Shown here: one piece after another, positions 27,881 through 36,860 of the stretch
How positions within the stretch are numbered: position 1 is the first letter of the stretch
How the letters are laid out: each line of letters starts with the position of its first letter
DNA from: an uncultured Planctomycetia bacterium
GTDB lineage: Bacteria > Omnitrophota > Gorgyraeia > CAYWPX01
Direction of reading: 5' to 3'
DNA length: 64,000 bases
Assembly: GCA_964460615.1 (NCBI GenBank)
Contig: CAYWPX010000004.1
Location: forward strand, 83,116-147,115
Notes under the pieces: generated by a model
What the model was told of the DNA's origin: nothing
The model's input: only the letters and a program-made list of their open reading frames with translations
Database searches by the model: none
Position numbers and translations under genes: made by a program

Positions 27881-29707
27881 CTAAACTTTTGATCTCTGTA
27901 AATTATCAATAACCTCTTCCAGCGTCCTTAGCGATAAAGACATATCTTCTTTTGTAATACCTGCCGAAGCATATCTTGCAAGATCACAATTCTTGAACAA
28001 TTCTCTTATCTTGTTTAAAATATCGGTATCTATTTTAGCTTTAGTTAAAATATCGTCAACCACATTTGCTGTTATACCTTTGGACGCGAGATGAAACCTG
28101 TCCCCAAGATAACCTTGAAGCGCTTCAAATAAGACATCGTAAAACTTAGAAGATGCTCCTTCCCGCATCAGGGACCTTAGTTTCTTTATCTGGACTTTTG
28201 CAATTCTGGGGGCGACAAGTTTTCTGGCATACCTCACATCCAATCTCAATTTTTCGTTTCTTTTATTCAAAAGATAAAAAATTAGTGCTAACAGGGCCGG
28301 TAGTACCAGGATTATTAAAAATAGGGTCTTTTTGTAGATCTCATTATTCCGTCTTTTAAAATCCCCGGGGTATTCTTTAATATACAAAATATCCTTCCCG
28401 AATACCTCATCCTTTTCCGAAATAACTGAGGGTGCCTTGTTTTCAACGATCTTGATACTTTCTTCCTTGTCAGATTTTGTAACCTTGATCAGGAATGGGC
28501 CGCGTGTGATAGTCTGGTATATACCTTTTTTCGGATTAAAAAAACTGAAGCTTATCTGCGGAATGTTGCCCACCACGGGGCTTTTGGGAAGCAAGATCTG
28601 CTCAAATTCTTTCATATTGGGCGAGCTTTTGGAAGAAGGCTCATAGGCCTTAAACCCATCCTCTATTGAAAGTTTGGGAGCAGTAACGGTACTAAAATTT
28701 CCTTCTCCTTTAATAGACATTTTTAAAGTAATGGGATCTCCGACCTTAACCTCTTTTGGGCCATAAGTCACATCGAAGTCAAAATCACCGATTGCTCCGT
28801 TAAAAGAAGACGGCTTGCCGGTCTCAGGTAATTGTTCGATATTAATATTTAATTCCTTAGAGTTAAGGTCCAATGGCTCAATGTCATAATTACCGAAAAA
28901 TCCTCCCATGAAATCATCATCAAAGAAATCGTCAAAACCGGACGGGTATCTACGCTGAGATTTTTTTCTTTTCAAAAGATTGCACTTAATATTTGCCGGC
29001 CCGATACTAAGTTGGCCTGTGCGTGTCGCGAATATATTGGTTTTGAACTCTATAACGTCATAAACATCACTGCCTATGGATTCCTTATATTGCATAGGCC
29101 TATCAAATTCACCCGTTGAAAAGCCTTCGTGATGAAATTCGGGATATTGGATATCTTTTAGGGCAAGATTGTTCACGTACAATTTGATCGATAGAGGTAT
29201 GGATTCATTCAGATATGCCCGGGATTTGCCTGTCTCCATTATAACAAATATCCTGTCGTCAACGCCCTCGGTTATGGCGGCCGACGACTGTGATGATTGT
29301 TTCTTTGGCGGGTCCGAAACAGGTCCGCTAACAACCTCAAGCGTAACCTCGTTGGATGTATAATTATTGCCATCTGAAGAAAATGTGATCGGGCCGATAT
29401 TAAAAACTCCGACTTTTAGAGGTGTTAGTTGGTAGGAATAAGTCACAGAGCTTGAGACCTGGCCGTTTATAACGGACATCCTTGTAGCCGAACCGGCATA
29501 ACTTACTCTCAAGCCTTCTCTATCAGGAAGATCGGGGGCCTTGGCATCTTTGTCAGGAAAATTAAGGTTTAACTCAACACTTTTGCCAAGCGAAACCTTA
29601 TTTTTACTTAATGCCGCCTCAAAATTAATATCCTTAGCATAGGCTAAGCCTGGACCCACTAAAAACACTGCTATTAATAATATATATATTTTTAAGTATC
29701 TAATCAT
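27881..29707 (-). CDS. batD: BatD-like oxygen-tolerance protein
   Basis: 608 aa, signal peptide, repeated beta-rich ectodomains, single TM near C-terminus; position after batC. Confidence 0.65.
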   Translation of the reverse strand: MIRYLKIYILLIAVFLVGPGLAYAKDINFEAALSKNKVSLGKSVELNLNFPDKDAKAPDLPDREGLRVSYAGSATRMSVINGQVSSSVTYSYQLTPLKVGVFNIGPITFSSDGNNYTSNEVTLEVVSGPVSDPPKKQSSQSSAAITEGVDDRIFVIMETGKSRAYLNESIPLSIKLYVNNLALKDIQYPEFHHEGFSTGEFDRPMQYKESIGSDVYDVIEFKTNIFATRTGQLSIGPANIKCNLLKRKKSQRRYPSGFDDFFDDDFMGGFFGNYDIEPLDLNSKELNINIEQLPETGKPSSFNGAIGDFDFDVTYGPKEVKVGDPITLKMSIKGEGNFSTVTAPKLSIEDGFKAYEPSSKSSPNMKEFEQILLPKSPVVGNIPQISFSFFNPKKGIYQTITRGPFLIKVTKSDKEESIKIVENKAPSVISEKDEVFGKDILYIKEYPGDFKRRNNEIYKKTLFLIILVLPALLALIFYLLNKRNEKLRLDVRYARKLVAPRIAKVQIKKLRSLMREGASSKFYDVLFEALQGYLGDRFHLASKGITANVVDDILTKAKIDTDILNKIRELFKNCDLARYASAGITKEDMSLSLRTLEEVIDNLQRSKV

Positions 29708-29749
29708 TTTGTCTAATTCCCTAACCCCTTAACCCTACACCCTCTTATC

Positions 29750-30652
29750 TTACCAATTCTTTATTACTTCAGGATAATACTTCCTCTCGCCTTCATCCTC
29801 AAGCTTGCCTCTAACTTCATCGCTTTCAGGAAGCCCCTTAAGGATCATTTCGGCTTCCTTTTTGGACATCTCTTTAGGCTCGCCTTCTTCGTAGCGCTCT
29901 GTTTCTTCTTGTCCTTTTTGGCCCTCTGTATTTTTTTGCGTCTGGGGTTCTTTATTCTCTTCAGATTCTTTTTTCTCATCCTTATTCTTTTCTTCAGAAT
30001 TCTTTTGCTCTTTCCCGGATGAACCCTTGTCCTCTTTATCCTCACTTTGCTGAGGTTTTTGTACTGAAGAACCTCCTTGCTGGCCATCCTGATTTTGTTC
30101 TTTTTTCTGCTCCTTGTCTTTTTCCTTATTCTGCTGGCTCTTCTTCTCGGACTCTTCTTTTTTTAATTTTTCTTCCAAAAGAGCGATCTTTTTTTGGGTA
30201 AATTCATAATTAAATTTTGCATCTTTATCCCGGTCGTCCAGGTCTATAGATCTTTTGTAATACCCAAGGGCATCTTTCAAGATATTGATCGATCCCTTTA
30301 GGTCTGTTTTTTCTTTGCCTTCAGCTTCCCTGAATTTGCTGTTGGCCAGGTTATAATTGGCCTGTGATTCAAATTGTTTATCTTTACTTAATAAGCCTTT
30401 TTCAAACAAACCGGATGCTTTGTCGAATTGATCTTTTTTGTATGTAGCGGCACCTTTGCCGAAATTTATTTCCGGGGAATCGGGTTTTTTCTCTAAGGCC
30501 TTATCATAAAGCTCGATCGCTTTATCATATTCGCCCTTATTATAAAGCGAATTTGCTTTATTGGCAATGTTTGTATCATCCTGGGCAAACAATGGATAAG
30601 CCGCCACTAAGCTTAAGGTTGTGAATATAATAACTATTTCAATTTTTTTCAT
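29750..30652 (-). CDS. batC: BatC-like TPR protein with long K/E/Q-rich low-complexity tail
   Basis: signal peptide, TPR repeats, ~130-aa KE-rich tail. Confidence 0.6.
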   Translation of the reverse strand: MKKIEIVIIFTTLSLVAAYPLFAQDDTNIANKANSLYNKGEYDKAIELYDKALEKKPDSPEINFGKGAATYKKDQFDKASGLFEKGLLSKDKQFESQANYNLANSKFREAEGKEKTDLKGSINILKDALGYYKRSIDLDDRDKDAKFNYEFTQKKIALLEEKLKKEESEKKSQQNKEKDKEQKKEQNQDGQQGGSSVQKPQQSEDKEDKGSSGKEQKNSEEKNKDEKKESEENKEPQTQKNTEGQKGQEETERYEEGEPKEMSKKEAEMILKGLPESDEVRGKLEDEGERKYYPEVIKNW

Positions 30653-30694
30653 TTTTTATAGCTTTTCTTTTGACTATGAACCATGAGCTATGAG

Positions 30695-31744
30695 CTACGA
30701 ACTAAACTTTTTCCTATCCCCCACCAATAGCTCGATTAATAAAATCACTAACCCTATCCAAAGAGGTATCTGGAATTTTTCGTTATAACGCTTAAGCATT
30801 TTTGATTCAAGTTCTCTTTTTTCCATTTTAGAGAGCCTGTCTCTATATATCAGATCCAAACCAAATTCCGTTGGACTTGACCTGACATATGTACCGCCGG
30901 TAGCCAGAGCGATTTTCTGCAAGGTTTCTTCGCCAAGCCTTGATTTTACAACATTACCGGATCTATCCTTCAAAAAACCCATTGACCCATCAGACTGGAT
31001 AACAGGGATGAGATCCCCCTCTTTTGTGCCTATCCCGATAGTATAAATTGTAATACCGTCAGCTTTTGCAATTTCAGCTTCCTTGATAGAATCCCCTTCC
31101 ATGTCCTCACCGTCAGTGATTATAACTAAAACTCTGAATTTCTTTTCTGTATTAACAAAGCTCTTTATGGCGTTTTTGATAGCGCTTGTGATATTTGTTC
31201 CTTCCCTCGGGATAGTATTTGTGTCAATACTATCTAGTGTAAGCAAGAACCCGCCATAGTCTACGGTTAAGGGGCATTCAAGAAATGACGAACCGGCAAA
31301 CGCTACTAGCCCGACACGATCCCCTTTTAGATTGCTCACAAGATCTCTTATGGCTAATTTTGATCTTTCAAGGCGGTTTGGTTTTACATCTTCAGCAAGC
31401 ATGGACTTTGAAGTATCAAGCGCGATAAGAATATCCAAACCCTTCCTTTTTACTTCTTCATATTTGAAACCCCATTGCGGCCTTAGTACCGCTATCAATA
31501 AAAAAGAAATACCGATAATCGTAAGAATAATTTTTATCTTCTGTCTTGATCTATCTAAAGACGCTGTAAGTTCTTTAAGAACGTCTTTATCGGCAAAATT
31601 CTCCAGCGCCTTAATTCTTTTTTTCCAGGCCCACACGAAAAATAGAACTAATAAAATTAGCGCTGATATTGCATATATTATTAGATTTTGTTCTTGAAAA
31701 CGCATATATATCCAATGTTTTTTGCCACATGCCTCAAGCTCCAA
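30695..31744 (-). CDS. batB: BatB-like von Willebrand factor A protein
   Basis: MIDAS motif DTSKSM, two N-terminal TM, C-terminal TM. Confidence 0.8.
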   Translation of the reverse strand: MELEACGKKHWIYMRFQEQNLIIYAISALILLVLFFVWAWKKRIKALENFADKDVLKELTASLDRSRQKIKIILTIIGISFLLIAVLRPQWGFKYEEVKRKGLDILIALDTSKSMLAEDVKPNRLERSKLAIRDLVSNLKGDRVGLVAFAGSSFLECPLTVDYGGFLLTLDSIDTNTIPREGTNITSAIKNAIKSFVNTEKKFRVLVIITDGEDMEGDSIKEAEIAKADGITIYTIGIGTKEGDLIPVIQSDGSMGFLKDRSGNVVKSRLGEETLQKIALATGGTYVRSSPTEFGLDLIYRDRLSKMEKRELESKMLKRYNEKFQIPLWIGLVILLIELLVGDRKKFSS

Positions 31745-31787
31745 GCTAAATATTTAGCTTGAGACCTGAAGCCTGTAGCAGCTATTG

Positions 31788-32786
31788 TTATGGTATTTTC
31801 CTAAACACCGTATTTGATAACAGTATCTCAATAAATAATAAAATTACCCCCGGCAAAAGAAATAAAATAAATAGCTCCCTATACTCCATATATCCTTTTT
31901 CTTCAATAGGTGTCCTCTCCAACCGGTCAATATCCTGATAAATTTTTTTAAGACTTTCCGTATCCGTAGCACGGTAATATTTACCGCCTGTTATATCCGC
32001 TATTTTCTGTAAAGACTCCTCATCAAGGTCCACTTTTAACATCTGGTAGGATTTGCTCCCAAAAATATCCTGTACCGGATATGGCACCAGCCCCTTGGAG
32101 CCGGCGCCAATAGTGTAAACCTTGATATTCAGGGCCTTTGCCGCCTCTGCTGCGGTAAGAGGCGATATATTCCCTGTATTATTCCTGCCGTCGGTAAGAA
32201 GTATGACGATTTTGCTTTTGGCTTTTGTATCTTTAAGTCTTTTAAGGGCCGTGGCTAACCCTGTCCCGATTGCAGTGCCATCTTCGATCATACCGGCATG
32301 AATTCTTTCCAGGTTCTGACTAACCCAGCCATAATCAAGAGTGAGGGGTGAAACGGTATAGGCCCTTGCGGCGAATGTAACAACGCCGATCCTGTCATCA
32401 TGCCTTCCCTCGATAAATTTTTTGACAACGTCTTTTATTACTTCGATCCTTGCAAGGCGCTGGCCCTTTATCGTGAAATCCTCCGCCAGCATACTGGTAG
32501 ACGAATCCAGCAAAAGCGCGATATCGACCCCTTCCCTTTCTATTTTTGACTCCGCTATAGGAAATTGCGGCCTTGCCAAAGCAAATATGATCAGGATAAA
32601 AGCCACTAATTTTAAATAAACGAGTTTGGTGCCAAGCCGGATCTTTAAAGAAGGCTTGAGATTATCCAGGAGTTCCCCTTCGGAAAATTTCAAACCTACA
32701 CCTTGGCTTTTTTTCCTGTTTAAAAGGAATATGAGTATGATAAAAGGTATCAAGAATAATATCTGAGGATCTCTGAAAAAAATCAT
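31788..32786 (-). CDS. batA: BatA-like von Willebrand factor A protein
   Basis: MIDAS motif DSSTSM, N-terminal TMs. Confidence 0.8.
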   Translation of the reverse strand: MIFFRDPQILFLIPFIILIFLLNRKKSQGVGLKFSEGELLDNLKPSLKIRLGTKLVYLKLVAFILIIFALARPQFPIAESKIEREGVDIALLLDSSTSMLAEDFTIKGQRLARIEVIKDVVKKFIEGRHDDRIGVVTFAARAYTVSPLTLDYGWVSQNLERIHAGMIEDGTAIGTGLATALKRLKDTKAKSKIVILLTDGRNNTGNISPLTAAEAAKALNIKVYTIGAGSKGLVPYPVQDIFGSKSYQMLKVDLDEESLQKIADITGGKYYRATDTESLKKIYQDIDRLERTPIEEKGYMEYRELFILFLLPGVILLFIEILLSNTVFRKIP

Positions 32787-33712
32787 TTTTGTTTTCCTTC
32801 TACACTCACAATTTTGGTTTCATCGATAAACCCCTTAGCCGAATTAAACGTTGCAACACTTTCGGGTTCTCCCGGGATATATTTGGCAAATTTAACCATA
32901 TCGCAGCAGTTCAAAAATTGCTGTAAAAGCTCTTTATGCCCAGCCGTAAGAGAGTCCAGTGATTTCGCCTTAGCCATAAATTCTTCCGTTGTCATATCCG
33001 GCGCCCTTAGGCTGAACCTTGCTTCTATATATTGCCTTATGATATCTGAGATCTCAACAAAGAACTCCTTAACAAATCCTTTAGCAATATAATCTTTTTT
33101 TCTTAACGCTTCGAGTCTTTCATAGGCTATCTCGTGAGGAAGTTTTACTTTTATTATGGCCTTAAATATTTTTTTTCTTTTAATATAGATAAAGATCAGG
33201 GCTATTAAAAGCGCCGTTACCAGAACAATGATCAGCACCAATTTATTGAGTTTACCTTTTAGGCTCACCGGGCCTTTTATGTCACGGATATCCTTGGAAT
33301 CCTTAAACTCATCTAAAACACTTTTTACCTCGACACTTTGGCTACTGATCTTGTACGCTTTCCAATCGGATCCACCGGGATTTTTGTATTTAATCTCCAG
33401 TTCGGGGATTGTATAATTCCCCGGTTTAAAAGAATCCAAAAGATACCATTTTTTTATGTATTTTTTTCCTAGAAATAAATTCTCTTTTATTCCCGAATCC
33501 ACTATGCTTAGATCCCCCAATGTTTCATAGATTTCGGGAAAATCGATCTCCAGTGATTTATCGGCTTTGATATCTATGTTGAATTTGATCTTTTCGCCTA
33601 TTAAAACAGATTTTTTGTCAATATGTGCCGATGCGCTGATCATTGGATCAGCAGAAGCTAAATTTCCAAAGAATAACACGAATAAAATAATTAAAAATAT
33701 CTTTATTCTCAT
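32783..33712 (-). CDS. membrane protein of Bat operon (DUF4381-like position)
   Basis: 309 aa, signal peptide plus one TM; between DUF58 and batA. Confidence 0.45.
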   Translation of the reverse strand: MRIKIFLIILFVLFFGNLASADPMISASAHIDKKSVLIGEKIKFNIDIKADKSLEIDFPEIYETLGDLSIVDSGIKENLFLGKKYIKKWYLLDSFKPGNYTIPELEIKYKNPGGSDWKAYKISSQSVEVKSVLDEFKDSKDIRDIKGPVSLKGKLNKLVLIIVLVTALLIALIFIYIKRKKIFKAIIKVKLPHEIAYERLEALRKKDYIAKGFVKEFFVEISDIIRQYIEARFSLRAPDMTTEEFMAKAKSLDSLTAGHKELLQQFLNCCDMVKFAKYIPGEPESVATFNSAKGFIDETKIVSVEGKQK

Positions 33713-33716
33713 ATGA

Positions 33717-34628
33717 TTAACGTAATTTTTTCTCTCTTTCTCTGAAAAACCTGTAGAGGCTTTTTGAATAAGGTATATCCGTCCTTATGTCGATATTATC
33801 CACATTGAGAGAATTAAATATTTTTTTTCTTTCTTCAAACTTTTTGTGAGAGCTGGCTTTATAACCGGCCCTGACCGATCTATTGGAAGTATCTACTAAA
33901 TAACTTCTCCCTGTTTCTGCGTCATTTAATCTTATCATTCCCACATCAGGCAATTCAAGCTCTCTCGGATCTCGTATAGTAACGGCAATACAATCATGGC
34001 GTTTGTTGGCAATGGAGAGCATTTTTTTGTAGTTGGTCTTGGAATAAAAATCTGAAATAATAAAACTAACTGCGCTGTGATTGGTAACGCTGTTAAAATA
34101 ATCCAAGGCGCCCGCAATATCTGTGCCTTTACCCTGGGGCTTATAATACAGGGCCTCTCTGATTATCCTAAGAACATGGCTTGGGCCTTTTCTTGGCGGA
34201 ATGAATTTCTCAATTTTATCGGTAAAGATCAACAATCCGACCTTGTCGTTATTTCTTATCGCTGAAAAAGCAAGGACTGAACAAAGCTCTGCCGCCAATT
34301 CGCTTTTGAGCTGGTGAATGCTTCCAAACCCGGTTGAAGCAGAGACATCGAGTAAGAGCATTACCGTAAGTTCCCTCTCTTCAACAAATTTCTTTACGTG
34401 CGGGTGCCCGGTCCTTGCAGTAACGTTCCAGTCTATGGAACGGATCTCGTCCCCAGGCAGATACTCCCTCACCTCATGAAACTCCATGCCGCGGCCTTTA
34501 AAAACACTCTGGTACTGCCCGGCGAAGACATTGGTAACCATTCGGGAGGTCGTGATCTCTATTAATCGGATTTTTTTTAGGATCTCTTTTGGGATCATTT
34601 TAAAGCCCGTATTTCGCACTTCGCACAT
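33717..34628 (-). CDS. DUF58 (VWA-like) protein, MoxR partner
   Basis: LLLDVSASTGFG VWA-like block; follows moxR. Confidence 0.8.
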   Translation of the reverse strand: MCEVRNTGFKMIPKEILKKIRLIEITTSRMVTNVFAGQYQSVFKGRGMEFHEVREYLPGDEIRSIDWNVTARTGHPHVKKFVEERELTVMLLLDVSASTGFGSIHQLKSELAAELCSVLAFSAIRNNDKVGLLIFTDKIEKFIPPRKGPSHVLRIIREALYYKPQGKGTDIAGALDYFNSVTNHSAVSFIISDFYSKTNYKKMLSIANKRHDCIAVTIRDPRELELPDVGMIRLNDAETGRSYLVDTSNRSVRAGYKASSHKKFEERKKIFNSLNVDNIDIRTDIPYSKSLYRFFREREKKLR

Positions 34629-34708
34629 CGTACATCGTTAAAATTAGTCTTTTTGCAAAATACGATATACGATGTACTATGTACCTGCCTCGCCCATGGG
34701 CGAGGCGT

Positions 34709-35716
34709 TTAAGGTACTTCCACTTCATCAAATATTCTTTTAATTATATCGTCCGAAGTTTTCTCTTCGGCTTCAGCTTCATAACTTGCTATAACCCTGT
34801 GCCTAAGGACATCGGGACCTATGGATTTGACATCTTGAGGAGTGACATAGCCTCTTCCTTGAATAAATGCATATGCCTTTGAGGCCAACGTCAGATATAT
34901 ACTCGCCCTTGGAGAAGCGCCATATTGGATCAGCCCTTCAAGATCGTTTAACTTGTATTTTTTCGGGTCTCTTGTGGCAAAAACTATATCAAGGATATAC
35001 TTTTCTATTTTTTCGTCAGTATATATCTCGTCTATAACTTGCCTGGCCTTTATAATTTGGTCCGGCGTAACTACGGGGTTAACCCCTATTTTTTTATCGG
35101 TATAGCCCATTCTCTTTAAAATTCTATGTTCTTCATCAAGACTGGGATAAGTGATATTGACTTTTAGCATAAACCTATCAACTTGGGCCTCCGGAAGAGG
35201 ATAAGTTCCCTCCTGTTCTATCGGATTTTCGGTTGCCATAACGAGAAACGGATCATCAAGTTTATAAGTATGTTCGCCTATGGTTACCTGCCTTTCCTGC
35301 ATCGCCTCCAATAATGCGCTCTGGACTTTTGCAGGAGCCCTGTTTATCTCATCAGCCAGGATGATATTAGAAAATATCGGGCCTTTTTTAGTAGTAAAAT
35401 TCCCGTCTTTCGGATTAAAGATAAGAGTTCCTATTAGATCGGCCGGAAGCAAATCCGGAGTGAACTGTATCCTCTGGAATTTAGTTTTTATTGCCTGGGA
35501 AAGAGTTTTTATCGAAAGTGTTTTGGCAAGGCCGGGGACACCTTCAACAAGTATGTGGCCATTTGCCAATAACCCCACCAAAAGTCTTTCAATAAGATAC
35601 CTTTGGCCTACTATTACCTTTTCAATTTCGCTTATGAGCGTATAGACAAATACGCTTTCTTTTTTTATCTTCTCATTTATCGCTGTTATGCCTTCTCCTA
35701 TCATAATATACCTCAC
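34709..35716 (-). CDS. moxR: MoxR-family AAA+ ATPase
   Basis: Walker A GVPGLAKT, Walker B/sensor, 335 aa. Confidence 0.9.
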   Translation of the reverse strand: MRYIMIGEGITAINEKIKKESVFVYTLISEIEKVIVGQRYLIERLLVGLLANGHILVEGVPGLAKTLSIKTLSQAIKTKFQRIQFTPDLLPADLIGTLIFNPKDGNFTTKKGPIFSNIILADEINRAPAKVQSALLEAMQERQVTIGEHTYKLDDPFLVMATENPIEQEGTYPLPEAQVDRFMLKVNITYPSLDEEHRILKRMGYTDKKIGVNPVVTPDQIIKARQVIDEIYTDEKIEKYILDIVFATRDPKKYKLNDLEGLIQYGASPRASIYLTLASKAYAFIQGRGYVTPQDVKSIGPDVLRHRVIASYEAEAEEKTSDDIIKRIFDEVEVP

Positions 35717-35736
35717 TTTTTTAAAAATTTACCAAC

Positions 35737-35863
35737 GGGGTTAGTCCTTCCTATCATTTAAGGAAGTGACTTATCCCACAAGGGTAGTCCTTCCTATCAT
35801 TTAAGGAAGTGGCTTATCCCACAAGGGTAGTCCTTCCTATCATTTAAGGAAGTGACTCGTTCC
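35737..35863. repeat. three tandem 42-43-nt direct repeats immediately upstream of moxR (Bat operon)
   Basis: GGGTAGTCCTTCCTATCATTTAAGGAAGTGACTTATCCCACAA x3, each containing CTTCCT..AGGAAG inverted core. Confidence 0.8.
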
Positions 35864-36015
35864 GAATCCGCCTATGGCGAAATATGGAACTACTATTATT
35901 TATCATAATATTATATTAATTTCACAAAAATTGGCAAGAGCTCAAATTGTCTAAATATTTTTTCGGATGGGCCTCCTTATCAATAAAAAAAGAAGGTTAT
36001 TTCTAAATTTATATA

Positions 36016-36771
36016 TTAATTAAAAACTGTTCTTTTGACGATCTCTTTAACGGTATTAAAAACATCTGAATTCCCCGGAAGTTCGAGAATTGACTTAGCT
36101 TCCAGGCTAAATTTTTCTATATCTTTACTAAAAAGAATATCTCCGCCAAAAGGTATGCCGGAAGATTTTATCTCACCGTCTAATTCTTTAATATCACCCT
36201 TTACCTTATTTATTATTAGATACACCTTATCCAGCTTAATACCAATTTCCCTGGCAAGATCGTAAATTCTTTTTGCTGACCTGATACCTATAACACTAAA
36301 ATCACTTACAATAAAAAGAATATCTATCTTACGGGCGGTTTTTCTGGAAATGTGCTCCATCCCGGCTTCATTATCCATAACGCTAAATTTATAATCATCC
36401 GTAAGATCTTTTACTATATCCCTTAAAAGGCTATTGGCATAGCAGTAGCAACCGGGGCCCTCGGGCCTTCCCATAGTTAGTAACGAGAGATTACCCTTTT
36501 CCATAATTGACTCTTCTATTTTATAACGAAGATATTCGTTTTTTGTCATTCCGGCAGGGATCTCGTCCTTTTTATCTATCATCTCTTCACAAACACTTGA
36601 GAGGGTGTCTTCCACCTTAAGCCCGAGCATCTCAGGAAGCGTAGAATTAGGATCGGCATCGACAGCCAATACGGAGTTCTCTTTGTCGGCTATCAGAGAC
36701 TTTATCACAAGACTTGAGAAAGTAGATTTCCCCGTCCCGCCTTTTCCTGTTATTGCTATTATTTTTGACAT
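36016..36771 (-). CDS. cooC: CooC/AcsF-type Ni-insertion accessory ATPase (MinD/ParA fold)
   Basis: AITGKGGTGKST deviant Walker A, CxC metal site (GPGCYCYAN); directly downstream of acsB. Confidence 0.85.
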   Translation of the reverse strand: MSKIIAITGKGGTGKSTFSSLVIKSLIADKENSVLAVDADPNSTLPEMLGLKVEDTLSSVCEEMIDKKDEIPAGMTKNEYLRYKIEESIMEKGNLSLLTMGRPEGPGCYCYANSLLRDIVKDLTDDYKFSVMDNEAGMEHISRKTARKIDILFIVSDFSVIGIRSAKRIYDLAREIGIKLDKVYLIINKVKGDIKELDGEIKSSGIPFGGDILFSKDIEKFSLEAKSILELPGNSDVFNTVKEIVKRTVFN

Positions 36772-36860
36772 TTTTTTCTCGTACGGCGTCTTTAGTACGG
36801 CGTACTGCGTTAAAATTTTTCTTTTTCGCTGTACACAATACTCCGTACGCCGTACTTCTT
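36772..36860. repeat. GTACG-family hairpin cassette (arm1 - A-rich loop GAAAAAGAAAAATTTTAACG - arm2) between acsB and cooC
   Basis: arm1 GTACGGCGTACGGAG pairs with arm2 CAGTACGCCGTAC; homologous cassettes at 497-603, 2533-2623, 4039-4117, 16238-16297, 34629-34708, 39057-39162, 40393-40462, 51676-51734. Confidence 0.7.

Noticed and set aside
29845-30087. 80-aa extremely K/R-rich minus-strand ORF
   Set aside because: Alternative frame of the K/E-rich low-complexity tail of batC; frame artefact of the repetitive GAA/AAG codons.
35717-36015. Possible small ORF in the 300-nt cooC-moxR spacer
   Set aside because: Region is occupied by the three tandem 42-nt repeats and AT-rich promoter-like sequence; no ORF with RBS of meaningful length.
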